Positions 17,095-26,465 of a stretch of 33,431 bases of DNA are shown in pieces. Under the pieces are notes generated by a model. The model was not told where the DNA came from, ran no database searches, and saw nothing but the letters and a program-made list of their open reading frames with translations. The first letter of the stretch is position 1, and each line of letters opens with the position of its first letter. This DNA is from an uncultured Methanosarcinales archaeon (GTDB lineage: Archaea; Nanobdellota; Nanobdellia; Woesearchaeales; DSVV01), in assembly GCA_964593285.1 (NCBI GenBank), contig CAZQHZ010000002.1:68739-102169 (forward strand). The letters are read 5' to 3'. A program made the position numbers and the translations under genes.

Positions 17095-19140
17095 ATGAAA
17101 ATTGGTGTTTTTCTTTGTGAAGGAGATAATGAAATTAAAAAAGTAATAAATCTTGATGAATTACGAAAATATATTTCAAATTTAGATGGTGTTTCTTATG
17201 TTTCAATGCTTGATAATGCATTGTGTGCTGTTGATGGTTTAGATAATATTGCAAAAGAAATTGCAGAAAACGACATAGATAGAGTTGTAGTTGGTGCATG
17301 TAGTCCTAAGTTATATGAACAAAAATTTATGGATATGCTTGAAAAAATAGGTGTAAATCCTGGATTTTTAGTTATTGCAAATATAAGAGAACACTGTGTT
17401 TATGCTCATAGAAGTAATCCTCCTTTAGCTAATGAAAAAGCAAAAATGTATGTAAGGCTTGCAGTAGAACAAGTTAAAAATGTTCATCCTTTAGCTTTAG
17501 AAGATGTAAATATTTCTAAAAATGTATTGATTATTGGTGGTGGATATTCAGGGATGTATTCTGCAATAAATATCGCAAAAAAAGGTTATAAAGTAGATTT
17601 GCTTGAAAAAACTGATAAGCTTGGTGGTTCTTTATTAAATTATTATAGAATGCCTCCAAAGGATGATACAAGTTCTGGAAGTTTAAAATCAGTAGTTTCT
17701 GAAGTTATTAATGATCCAAATATTACTGTTCATTTTAATTCAACTATAAAAAAAGTTACTGGAACTGCTGGGGATTTTAAAATATTGTTTGAACAGGATG
17801 GTGAAAATAAAAGTTTTGAAGCTGGAGCTATTGTTGTTGCTATTGGAAGTAGTGAATATTTTGCAAGAGAACATAATGTTCGAGAAAATCCCGATGTTAT
17901 TTCACTAACAGAGTATAATCAAATGTTAATTCCATCTGGAAAAACAAATGGAAAAATAGTGGTTCCATCAACTAATAAAGATCCAAAAACAATTGCATTT
18001 GTTCAATGTAATGGCAGTTTAGATCCAAAGCGAAATAGTTATTGTTCAAAATATTGTTGTGAAATGACTGCATCATCTGTTAGACAAACACACCATCACT
18101 TACCTGATGCATCAATTACTGTATATTATAAAGAAGTTAGAGCATTTAATAATGTCTCTGAAACATACTTAAATGATACAAAAACAATTCAAAATGTATC
18201 TTATGTGCAAGGTATTCCAGAAAAAATAGATGCAGATTTAGTAGTATTAGCTAATGCAACTGAACCTTCTAAAGATACTGATTTAATTAGAAAAATTATT
18301 GTTTTAGATAAAGATAAAAATGGTTTTTTTAGAGAAGCTGATTTTTTAACTAAAAAAATATCAACATATGACCCTGGAGTTTTTGTTGTTGGAACTTGTT
18401 CTAGCCCAAAAACAATTTCAGAGCGAATGTTTGATGGAAGAATTGTTTCTGATTTAGTTAGTGATTTATTTTTAAATAATAAAAGAATAAATGAGTTATT
18501 TATTTCTGAAACAAATGAAGATTTATGTGGTGGTTGTGGTACTTGTATTAGAACATGCCTATTTGGTGCAATTAAAAATGAAAAGAAAGAAGGAACTAAT
18601 AGAGGTATTGCGGTTGTTGATAAGAATTTATGTAGAGGTTGTGGAAATTGTGTTAGTGCATGTCCACAGGGTGCAAGAGATTTAGTATTATATCCAAATT
18701 CAATGCTTGAGAAAAGCGTTGATGTTTTAAGTGAATATAAATCAGATGAACCTAAAATTTTAATTTATGCATGTAATGGGTGTGCATATCCTGCAATTGA
18801 TCAAGCTACACGTATTGGTTATGAATTACCTAAAAATGTATATATTGTGCGAGTTCCATGTTCTGGAAGAGTGGATACACAATTTTTAGAATATGCCTTA
18901 AATAAAGGTTTTTCAGGAATAATGATTGGTATGTGTGAAACTGATTCATGTCATTATATTGGTGGAAATGAAGATTGTTGTAAAAGAATTGATTTATTAA
19001 TTCCACTTCTTGAAGCTAAAGGAATTAATAAAGATAGAATAAAAATTTCTCCTGTTTGTTTTTCAAGAGGAGAAGATTTTGTTGAAGCCGTCAATGATTT
19101 TAAAAATAAAATTAATAGTTTAGGAGGAGATGAACAATGA
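17095..19140 (+). CDS. hdrA: HdrA-like FAD/Fe-S protein fused to MvhD
   Basis: GACSP, NIREHC, IGGGYSG, QCNGSLD...YCSKYCC and two CxxCxxCxxxC ferredoxin motifs, followed by the MvhD motifs ACNGCAY, RVPCSGRVD and C....CHYIGGN. SD GAGGTG at 17081. Confidence 0.88.
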   Translation: MKIGVFLCEGDNEIKKVINLDELRKYISNLDGVSYVSMLDNALCAVDGLDNIAKEIAENDIDRVVVGACSPKLYEQKFMDMLEKIGVNPGFLVIANIREHCVYAHRSNPPLANEKAKMYVRLAVEQVKNVHPLALEDVNISKNVLIIGGGYSGMYSAINIAKKGYKVDLLEKTDKLGGSLLNYYRMPPKDDTSSGSLKSVVSEVINDPNITVHFNSTIKKVTGTAGDFKILFEQDGENKSFEAGAIVVAIGSSEYFAREHNVRENPDVISLTEYNQMLIPSGKTNGKIVVPSTNKDPKTIAFVQCNGSLDPKRNSYCSKYCCEMTASSVRQTHHHLPDASITVYYKEVRAFNNVSETYLNDTKTIQNVSYVQGIPEKIDADLVVLANATEPSKDTDLIRKIIVLDKDKNGFFREADFLTKKISTYDPGVFVVGTCSSPKTISERMFDGRIVSDLVSDLFLNNKRINELFISETNEDLCGGCGTCIRTCLFGAIKNEKKEGTNRGIAVVDKNLCRGCGNCVSACPQGARDLVLYPNSMLEKSVDVLSEYKSDEPKILIYACNGCAYPAIDQATRIGYELPKNVYIVRVPCSGRVDTQFLEYALNKGFSGIMIGMCETDSCHYIGGNEDCCKRIDLLIPLLEAKGINKDRIKISPVCFSRGEDFVEAVNDFKNKINSLGGDEQ

Positions 19141-20072
19141 GTAAACCTACTGCTTTAGTTATTGCATTTGGTGGATGTAATGGTTGTCATGTTACAATAA
19201 CTGATTTGTATGAACGAGTTACAGAATTATTTGATTTAATTGATTTAAAATGGGGTTCTGTTTTAACTGATTTTAAATATAAAGACATACCAGATGTAGA
19301 TGTTGCGTTGATTGAGGGTACAATTGAGAATGAAGAAAATTTAGAAATTTTAAAAAAAATACGAGAAAAATCAAAAATCTTAATTGCTCTTGGGACATGT
19401 TCTAGTTATGGTGGAATACCTGGACTTAGGAATTATTTTAGTGTTGATGAATGCTTAGATGCAGCATATTTGAATAATGTTTCAACAGTTGATGGTCAAA
19501 TACCTTATAAAGAAGTACCACGAATGCTTACAAAAGCATTACCTGTTCACAAGGTTGTTAAGGTTGATTATAAAATTACAGGATGTCCTCCAGAACCTGA
19601 TCAAGTTTTATCAGCAATTAAGGATTTAGCTCAAGGTAATGTTCCAAAAATTGCAACTAAAAATTTATGTGAAGAATGTCACAGAAAGAAAAAAGAAATT
19701 GAACCTGGGAATCGTGAATTTTATACTTTTACAGTTGAAAGTGTTATGGAATCTGATTTAGATAGTGAAAAATGCTTTTTAGAACAAGGTGTTTTATGTA
19801 TGGGTCCTGCAACTGTTGCAGGATGTGGTGGGCGATGTACTGCAGCTAACATGCCTTGTAGAGGTTGTTATGGTCCTAGTGAAGGAGCAATAGAACAGGG
19901 TTGTGAAATGGCAAATGCATTAGCACCAATTGTTCCAATAGGTGCATTAATTCAAAAAGAAGATTTACCTGGAACATTTTATAGGTTTGCATTGCCTTCT
20001 TCAATTATTGAAGGTGATATGAAAAAAATTGCGAATAATCTTCAACCTAAGGGAGGTGAGCATAATGAGTAA
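19137..20072 (+). CDS. mvhG: [NiFe]-hydrogenase small subunit, MvhG type
   Basis: GCNGC, EG, GTCSSYGG, GCPP, CEEC and CFLEQG.LCMGPAT.AGC...C....PCRGCYGP motifs. Confidence 0.92.
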   Translation: MSKPTALVIAFGGCNGCHVTITDLYERVTELFDLIDLKWGSVLTDFKYKDIPDVDVALIEGTIENEENLEILKKIREKSKILIALGTCSSYGGIPGLRNYFSVDECLDAAYLNNVSTVDGQIPYKEVPRMLTKALPVHKVVKVDYKITGCPPEPDQVLSAIKDLAQGNVPKIATKNLCEECHRKKKEIEPGNREFYTFTVESVMESDLDSEKCFLEQGVLCMGPATVAGCGGRCTAANMPCRGCYGPSEGAIEQGCEMANALAPIVPIGALIQKEDLPGTFYRFALPSSIIEGDMKKIANNLQPKGGEHNE

Positions 20073-21486
20073 AGTAGTAACTATTGAACCATGTTCTAGG
20101 CTTGAAGGACACGGAAAAATTACACTGCATCTTGATGATGAAGGTAAATTAGATGATGCTAAATTTCATGTTGTAGAATTTAGAGGATTTGAAAAATTAA
20201 TGGAAGGAAGAAAAGTTTGGGAAGCTCCAAGAATAACTCCTAGGTCTTGTGGTATATGTCCTGTTAGTCATCATTTGGCATCAGCAAAAGCATGTGATGA
20301 TTTATTTGGTGCACAAATTCCAGAATCTGCAAAATTAATTCGTGAATTAATGCATATGGGTCAGTTTATCCATTCTCATGCACTGCATTTCTTTTATTTA
20401 GGGGCACCTGATTTTTTTTATCCAATGGATGCAGCAAAAAGAAATATTTTAGGTGTAATTGGGGCAGATCCAGAAATGGCGAAAAAAGCAATTTTACTTA
20501 GAAAATGTGGTCAAGAAATAATCCATATAACTGGTGGTAAGAGGATTCATCCAATAACTGCACTTCCAGGAGGTGTTAGTAAACCTATTTCATCAAAAGA
20601 AAAAGAACTTTTAGATAATTATATTAAACAAGCAAAAGAGCTTGCATTGGAATTATATCCTGTTGCAAAGCAAATTTTTTCAGATAATAAAGAATTAATT
20701 AATTCTTTTGCACCAGTTAAAACTAATTATATGGGTTCTATAAATAATGCTGGAAATTTGCAGTTGTATGATGGTAAGTTAAATGTTATTTCACCAGAAG
20801 GAAAAGATATAGTGACTTTTACTTATGATAAATATTTAGAAAATATTGGTGAAAAGGTTGCAACTTGGTCTTATATGAAATTTCCATTTGTCAAAAAAAT
20901 TGGTTGGCCAGATGGAATGTATCGTGTTGGGCCTTTGGCTAGATTAAATGTTGCAAGTAATATTTCAACTAGTATTGCTAATAATGAATTAATGGAGTTT
21001 AGAAAATTTTTTAATTCAGAAAGAATTGTTAATGGAACACTTCAATATCATTGGGCAAGACTTATAGAATTAATCCATGCAATTGAAAAATCTGAAGAAA
21101 TTTTATCTAATCCTGAGTTATTATCAAAAAATGTTAGAGTAAAAGTTACTCCAAAAGCAGGTGAAGGTGTTGGAATAATTGAAGCTCCACGAGGAACCTT
21201 AATACATCATTATAAAGCAGATGATAAAGGAACAATTACTATGTGTAATTTAATTGTTGCAACTGTTGGAAATAATGGCGGAATTAATATGTCTGTAAAG
21301 GAAGCTGCAAAACAATATGTTAATGCTTCAAGACTTGAAGAGCCAATAATGAATATGGTAGAAATGGCAGTTAGAGCATATGATCCGTGTTTGTCATGTG
21401 CAACTCATGCAATTGGAAAAATGCCTTTAAATGTTTCATTATTTGATAAAAATAACAAACTGCTTGATAAAAAAATTAAAAATTAA
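20065..21486 (+). CDS. mvhA: [NiFe]-hydrogenase large subunit, MvhA type (group 3c-like)
   Basis: RLEGHGK, L1 RSCGICPVSH, EAPRGTLIHHY, L2 RAYDPCLSCATH and a C-terminal extension. Start moved to ATG 20065, after SD GGAGGTGA. Confidence 0.93.
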   Translation: MSKVVTIEPCSRLEGHGKITLHLDDEGKLDDAKFHVVEFRGFEKLMEGRKVWEAPRITPRSCGICPVSHHLASAKACDDLFGAQIPESAKLIRELMHMGQFIHSHALHFFYLGAPDFFYPMDAAKRNILGVIGADPEMAKKAILLRKCGQEIIHITGGKRIHPITALPGGVSKPISSKEKELLDNYIKQAKELALELYPVAKQIFSDNKELINSFAPVKTNYMGSINNAGNLQLYDGKLNVISPEGKDIVTFTYDKYLENIGEKVATWSYMKFPFVKKIGWPDGMYRVGPLARLNVASNISTSIANNELMEFRKFFNSERIVNGTLQYHWARLIELIHAIEKSEEILSNPELLSKNVRVKVTPKAGEGVGIIEAPRGTLIHHYKADDKGTITMCNLIVATVGNNGGINMSVKEAAKQYVNASRLEEPIMNMVEMAVRAYDPCLSCATHAIGKMPLNVSLFDKNNKLLDKKIKN

Positions 21487-21935
21487 TTTTTTATTTCTTT
21501 TATTTTTTTAGTAATTAATTCTTCTGCGATCTTTTGTTTTTTTGGATAGCTTGCAATAGTCATTTTAATATGAAAACAATCACCACAATAAGTTAATTTA
21601 TAATTATTTTTTATTAATTCATCTTTTTTTAATCTAATAAATAATTTGCATTTTTCATCAATTCGTTTTTTTATTTTTTCTATAATTGATTCATCTTTTA
21701 AATTATTTATTAAATTTTCAAAGAATAAATTACATTGTTTATTTTTTACAATTTTTAATTTATACATAATTAAATTGCTTTCATCACTTACATTTTCTTT
21801 TGTGATTTCATTTTTTTTGTTTTCTAAATCTTTTTTTGTTTGTTTTGGCAATAGTTTTAATAATGCATTTTCTATTTGTTCTTCTTCTGAATTCAAAAAA
21901 AGGACACTTATTTTTATATTATGAATTATTTTCAT
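21483..21935 (-). CDS. Archaeal RNA-binding protein (DUF54/COG1325-like)
   Basis: IHNIKISV..., RIDEKCKLFIRLKK and DCFHIKMTIASYP pattern. Confidence 0.7.
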   Translation of the reverse strand: MKIIHNIKISVLFLNSEEEQIENALLKLLPKQTKKDLENKKNEITKENVSDESNLIMYKLKIVKNKQCNLFFENLINNLKDESIIEKIKKRIDEKCKLFIRLKKDELIKNNYKLTYCGDCFHIKMTIASYPKKQKIAEELITKKIKEIKN

Positions 21936-21949
21936 TTTTGATTATAAAA

Positions 21950-22284
21950 TAGATAGAATAGTAATAAGCCACCTTCTGTAAAGTCTCTTTTTAAAAAAGA
22001 ATAACTTTCATTTAGCATTCTACTTAGCGTTCAAATGAACTTGCACAGATCAAGGGCTCATCTTTTCATCCTTTCCTATAAAGATATCAACAGGTTAACT
22101 CATATTTTGTTGCCAAAATATTTCGCATGTATCATTTCATTTTATAGGTGGTTTTATTTCTGTATGGTTGCCAGTCCTATTAAGACTCTCTTATAAAAAG
22201 AGTGATCACCTAATACATAGGCATATTGTGGGTGGACTTTCCTCAGTAATAAATTACCGATAGCTAAACTAACTATCCTATCTA
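21950..22284 (-). ncRNA. rnpB: RNase P RNA
   Basis: On the - strand: P1 TAGATAGGATAGT/ACTATTCTATCTA, CR-I GAGGAAAGTCCACC, CR-II ACAGAAA, CR-III GATGAAA and CR-V ACAGAAGGTGGCTTA. P4 pairs with a bulged U. Confidence 0.93.
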
Positions 22285-22306
22285 ATTTTTAGAAAATTAT
22301 TTTTTA

Positions 22307-22314
22307 TTTATAAA
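22307..22314 (-). promoter_or_regulatory. TATA box for the RNase P RNA
   Basis: TTTATAAA about 23 nt upstream of the P1 5' end, preceded by an A-rich BRE-like stretch. Confidence 0.55.
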
Positions 22315-22326
22315 TATTTTTAATAA

Positions 22327-23274
22327 TCAAACCAAAAATTTTCCTTCATCCATTATTTTCTTACCATCAATAATAATTGTTGGTTTATCAATTACACCAT
22401 CGCTATGGAATGAAACTTTATTTTTTCCACCAAATGAAATATTATTTCCAAAAGCAATATGACATGTTCCATAAACTTTTTCATCTTCTAAAACAATTCC
22501 AGAAATTTTAGCTTTTGGATTAGTTCCAATTCCAAGTTCACATGCAATAAATGCATTTTTATCATCTACACTATTAATAATATTAGAAAATTCTTTAGCT
22601 TTAATTTTACCATCTATATTTTTAATAATTCCATTTTCTATATCAAAAATAATTTCTTCATCTTCAAGTTTTCCAATTCCTGCAATAGATAAATCAACAA
22701 CCAATTTTCCATTAGTTTTTTCTTCAATTGGTGCAATAAAAGCTTCACCTGAAGGTAAATTACCCATTTTTTTACTTTTATAAAATAATCCATCTTCTCG
22801 TCCAAAACCTAGTCTATTTTCAATTGATAATTTTAAGTTAGTACCTTTTTTTGTTGTAATTAATACTTCTTTTCCTTTATCTAAAATATCACATAATTTA
22901 TCAATTAATAAATGCATTTTTTTATAATCAATATCTATTGCTCTATTTATTATTTCGTTTGTAATTCCTGGCATACTTGCAACTCTTGCATTATTTTTAA
23001 CAGCATCTCTAACAGCATTAGTATGTGTTAATGATTTTTGTGTTGTAATTAATATAGCATCATATTCAAGCATTTTTTTAGAAATTTCTATTGGTGGTTC
23101 TTGTCCATTGTATTTTAATTTTGAAATTTTTATCTTTTCAACAGTAAAATAGTCTTTACAATAATTAAATAAATTATCTGCAATGTCTTTTTTTTCATTA
23201 TCATAAATTATTAAACATTTTTCATTTGTTTTAATATTCATACAAACATTAATTATTACAGCTTCAGGTTTCAT
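22327..23274 (-). CDS. M29 family aminopeptidase (aminopeptidase T-like)
   Basis: NLPSGE, ELGIGTN, DEK, HIAFG and HSD motifs. Confidence 0.9.
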   Translation of the reverse strand: MKPEAVIINVCMNIKTNEKCLIIYDNEKKDIADNLFNYCKDYFTVEKIKISKLKYNGQEPPIEISKKMLEYDAILITTQKSLTHTNAVRDAVKNNARVASMPGITNEIINRAIDIDYKKMHLLIDKLCDILDKGKEVLITTKKGTNLKLSIENRLGFGREDGLFYKSKKMGNLPSGEAFIAPIEEKTNGKLVVDLSIAGIGKLEDEEIIFDIENGIIKNIDGKIKAKEFSNIINSVDDKNAFIACELGIGTNPKAKISGIVLEDEKVYGTCHIAFGNNISFGGKNKVSFHSDGVIDKPTIIIDGKKIMDEGKFLV

Positions 23275-24266
23275 ATTAAATACACTCCATTATTCATTAT
23301 TTTTTTATTATCTAAAATTATTGTTGGTTTTTTTATTACACAATCTATATGTATTTTTGAATTAAAATTTGAATTTGTTTTTTTTGGATAACTATTTCCA
23401 AATGCAATATGAATTCCTGGATATTTTTCATCTAAAAGCATTACATTTATTAATTTTTTAATTCCAAGGTTTGTTCCAAGGGCAAATTCTCCAACTCTTG
23501 ATGAATTCTTATCAGTTTTTAATATTTTTTTAAATTCTTTTTCTAAATTTTTATTTTTTGAATTAATTTTTATTGCTTTTGAATTTTTAATTTCAATTAT
23601 CAGTGGTTCTTTATTTAAGTTAGTATATTTTTTTGCAAAATAATCACCAAGAGTTCCATCAATTACAATTTTTCCATTTATTTTATAAGGACATGTAAAA
23701 ACTTCACCATCAGGTAAATTTTTCCATTCACCTTTTTTTATATTTCCATCACTAATAATCCAATTGTATTTTGAATTAAATTCAATAATTAAATTAGTGC
23801 CTTTTTTTGTTGTAACGTTTATTTTTTTTGTTTTAATTAAAAGATTATAAATTTTTTTAGTAAATTTTTGCAAATTTTTATAGTCATAATTCATGCCTTG
23901 TTTTATTGTATCTTTTGTAACATTAATCATGTTTGCAATTCTTAAATTTTTGTTATTTTCAACTTTTTTTAAAATTGGTCGTCTAAAATTTTTTAATTCA
24001 TTAAGTTGTCCTTGCATTGCAATTATTGCAACATTTGAATTATTAATTTTTTCATTAATAATTTTTGGAATAAATTTTAATGGTCTTTTAGAAAAATTTT
24101 CAACAATAAATAAAAATGCATTTGGTGTAATCTTGTTTGTAATTTTAAATAGTTCTTGTCCAATTTTAATAGTTTTTTTATCAGAAATAATAGTTATAGT
24201 TTCATTTTTTTTTAATTTTATACAATTGTTTATTGCATTTTCTAATCCAAATTTTAAATAATTCAT
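23271..24266 (-). CDS. M29 family aminopeptidase (second paralog)
   Basis: NLPDGEVFT, GEFALGTN, DEK, HIAFG and HID motifs. Confidence 0.9.
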   Translation of the reverse strand: MNYLKFGLENAINNCIKLKKNETITIISDKKTIKIGQELFKITNKITPNAFLFIVENFSKRPLKFIPKIINEKINNSNVAIIAMQGQLNELKNFRRPILKKVENNKNLRIANMINVTKDTIKQGMNYDYKNLQKFTKKIYNLLIKTKKINVTTKKGTNLIIEFNSKYNWIISDGNIKKGEWKNLPDGEVFTCPYKINGKIVIDGTLGDYFAKKYTNLNKEPLIIEIKNSKAIKINSKNKNLEKEFKKILKTDKNSSRVGEFALGTNLGIKKLINVMLLDEKYPGIHIAFGNSYPKKTNSNFNSKIHIDCVIKKPTIILDNKKIMNNGVYLI

Positions 24267-24295
24267 TTTTTTATAATGCTATTTTAATTTATCAA

Positions 24296-24862
24296 TTAAT
24301 CTAATTTTTTTAAATTATCCCACCATTTATTATTTGATTTTTTAATTTCTTTAATTATTTTTTTTGCAATTTTTGTCTTTAATTTTGTTTCTGCATTTTC
24401 TAGCCATTCAATTGCATCTTTATTTCCTTTATTATAAAATTCTTTTGCTTGAATTGCACATTCTAAATAATCAGCATCTTTTACAATTATTGCTTCTTTT
24501 GTTTTTTGATTTTTTAATTCATAATATAAGTTTGAAAATTCTTCTTTGATATTTTTGTCAAGTTTATTAATTTGTTCTAAAAATGCTTTTTCTTCAATCT
24601 CTTTATGATTTATATATCGTTGATTTACTTTATTTAAATCATTTATTCTACTTTCAGCAATGTCATGTATCATACACATTTTTATGACTTTATTTTCGTT
24701 AGCATTTTCTTTTTTTGCTAAAATATAACCAATCATAATTGTATTAAAACTATGCTCTGAAACACTATCTTTGTTAGTAATTCCAAGAAAATTCCATCCT
24801 GTTCTTTTTAGATTTTTTAATGAAAGCATTTCAAATAAAAATCTAACATTTTCTTTTATCAT
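24296..24862 (-). CDS. HD-domain 5'-deoxynucleotidase-like protein (YfbR/HDDC2 family)
   Basis: LKRTGW, SVSEHS, HDIAESR..D and VKDADYLE motifs. Confidence 0.88.
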   Translation of the reverse strand: MIKENVRFLFEMLSLKNLKRTGWNFLGITNKDSVSEHSFNTIMIGYILAKKENANENKVIKMCMIHDIAESRINDLNKVNQRYINHKEIEEKAFLEQINKLDKNIKEEFSNLYYELKNQKTKEAIIVKDADYLECAIQAKEFYNKGNKDAIEWLENAETKLKTKIAKKIIKEIKKSNNKWWDNLKKLD

Positions 24863-24863
24863 T

Positions 24864-25445
24864 TTATTCTTTCTTTTTTATATTTATATCATAAATTATT
24901 TCTTCAATTTTTTTTAAATTCCATTTAATTGCATCTGATTTTTTTCTAAGTTCACTGTTTCTAATTTTTAAATCTAAAAAATTTTCAAAAATATTTTTTA
25001 TAATTAATTTAATTTTTTCAATTTCGTCATATTTTTTTTCAATTGCTAAAACTACTGCTTTTCTTGTTAATTCTCCTGTTAAATCACATAAACCAAGTAA
25101 ATAATCTTCATAATCTGCTTTAATTATAGAATTTGGTGTGATTTTTTTATTTTCAATATATCCAAGGTAGCATACAGCTTCACAATATTCTTGCATTCCT
25201 TGTGAAAAAGCATTAACACTTAGTAATTTTTTATTACTATTAATTAGTTTTTTTAATTCATTAATTATTTTTTTTGCATCATTTATCTTTTTTTTTGCAC
25301 TATTTAAATCATTATTATGAATAAAATATATTGCATGTTTTGATAATCTTGTAACTTCTCTTGATTTAACAATTATTGTTTCTCTTTTATTATCAAACTC
25401 TTCTAATTCTTTTTTTAATTTTAAAAATTCTTTTTTATTTAGCAT
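24864..25445 (-). CDS. Translin/Trax (C3PO-like) family protein
   Basis: RE...SR...SK.AI..IH, QEYCEA, YLLGLCDLTGELTR and LRKKSD motifs. Confidence 0.88.
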   Translation of the reverse strand: MLNKKEFLKLKKELEEFDNKRETIIVKSREVTRLSKHAIYFIHNNDLNSAKKKINDAKKIINELKKLINSNKKLLSVNAFSQGMQEYCEAVCYLGYIENKKITPNSIIKADYEDYLLGLCDLTGELTRKAVVLAIEKKYDEIEKIKLIIKNIFENFLDLKIRNSELRKKSDAIKWNLKKIEEIIYDINIKKKE

Positions 25446-25543
25446 TTTAAATTAAATATTTTATTGATATATTTAAATTTAATTTTTTTAGTATATTTTA
25501 ATTTTAAAAACATTTATATAATAGTAACTGAATAAAATTCTTA

Positions 25544-26461
25544 ATGGTGTTAGTTAATCCAAAAAAATATTTTGCTGATGCAATAAAAAAAAAATATGCC
25601 ATATCTCATTTTAATTTTTATAACTTAGAAACAGCATTTGCAATATTAAATGCATCTTTAAATCAAAAGGGAATTGTTATTTTAGGTGTTAGCGAAAAAG
25701 CTATAGAATATGCAGGGATTGAAAATTTAGTTTCTATTGCAAAAAATACTTCTAAATTATTAAATATAAAAACAATTTTACATTTAGATCATGGACGAGA
25801 TGAAAAAATAATAAAAGATTGTATAAAAAAAGGTTTTACTTCTGTTATGGTTGATGGTTCAAATTTAGATTTTAATGAAAATGTAAAATTAACAAAAAAA
25901 ATTGTTAATTTTGCTAAAAAATATAATGTTTTTGTTGAAGCTGAACTTGGACAGTTAAAAGGTGTTGAAGATGGAATTACTTCAACAAAAAACCATTATA
26001 CTGATCCAAATCAAGCAGAATTATTTGTAAAAAAAACTAATTGTGATAGTTTAGCAATTGCAATTGGAACAAGTCATGGTGCTTATAAATTTAAAGGTAA
26101 GGCTAATTTAAAATTTGATATTTTAAAAGATATTCGAAAAAGATTAAAAATTCCATTAGTTTTACATGGTGCATCAAGTGTTTATTCAAATGTTGTTAAA
26201 ATTGCTAATAAATATGGGGCAAATTTAGAAAATGTTAAAGGTGTTAGTGATAGTGATTTAAAAAAAGCAGTTTTATTTGGAATTCAAAAGATTAATACAG
26301 ATACAGATTTACGGCTTTCATTTAATTCTTCAATTAGAAAAAATTTAAAATTAAATCCAAAAAATTTTGATCCAAGATTTTTTTTAACTAACACAATTTT
26401 AGATATGCAAAAAATATGCGAACATAAAATTAATATCTTAAATGGAAAAAATACATTATAA
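25544..26461 (+). CDS. fba: Class II fructose-bisphosphate aldolase
   Basis: HLDHG, GFTSVMVDGS, EAELG, GTSHG, VLHGAS and KINTDTD motifs. Confidence 0.94.
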   Translation: MVLVNPKKYFADAIKKKYAISHFNFYNLETAFAILNASLNQKGIVILGVSEKAIEYAGIENLVSIAKNTSKLLNIKTILHLDHGRDEKIIKDCIKKGFTSVMVDGSNLDFNENVKLTKKIVNFAKKYNVFVEAELGQLKGVEDGITSTKNHYTDPNQAELFVKKTNCDSLAIAIGTSHGAYKFKGKANLKFDILKDIRKRLKIPLVLHGASSVYSNVVKIANKYGANLENVKGVSDSDLKKAVLFGIQKINTDTDLRLSFNSSIRKNLKLNPKNFDPRFFLTNTILDMQKICEHKINILNGKNTL

Positions 26462-26465
26462 TTTT

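Noticed and set aside
18491..18685. 64-aa alternative-frame ORF
   Set aside because: Nested in the conserved ferredoxin region of hdrA.
20029..20064. Upstream TTG start for mvhA
   Set aside because: A strong SD (GGAGGTGA) precedes ATG 20065, and the family-like sequence starts there.
17095..21486. Selenocysteine-containing or split (VhuU-type) hydrogenase
   Set aside because: There is no in-frame TGA, and the L2 motif DPCLSC is Cys-encoded within the same ORF.
21646..24549. + strand ORFs 21646-21924, 23893-24261 and 24364-24549
   Set aside because: Antisense shadows of well-supported minus-strand genes in AT-rich DNA.
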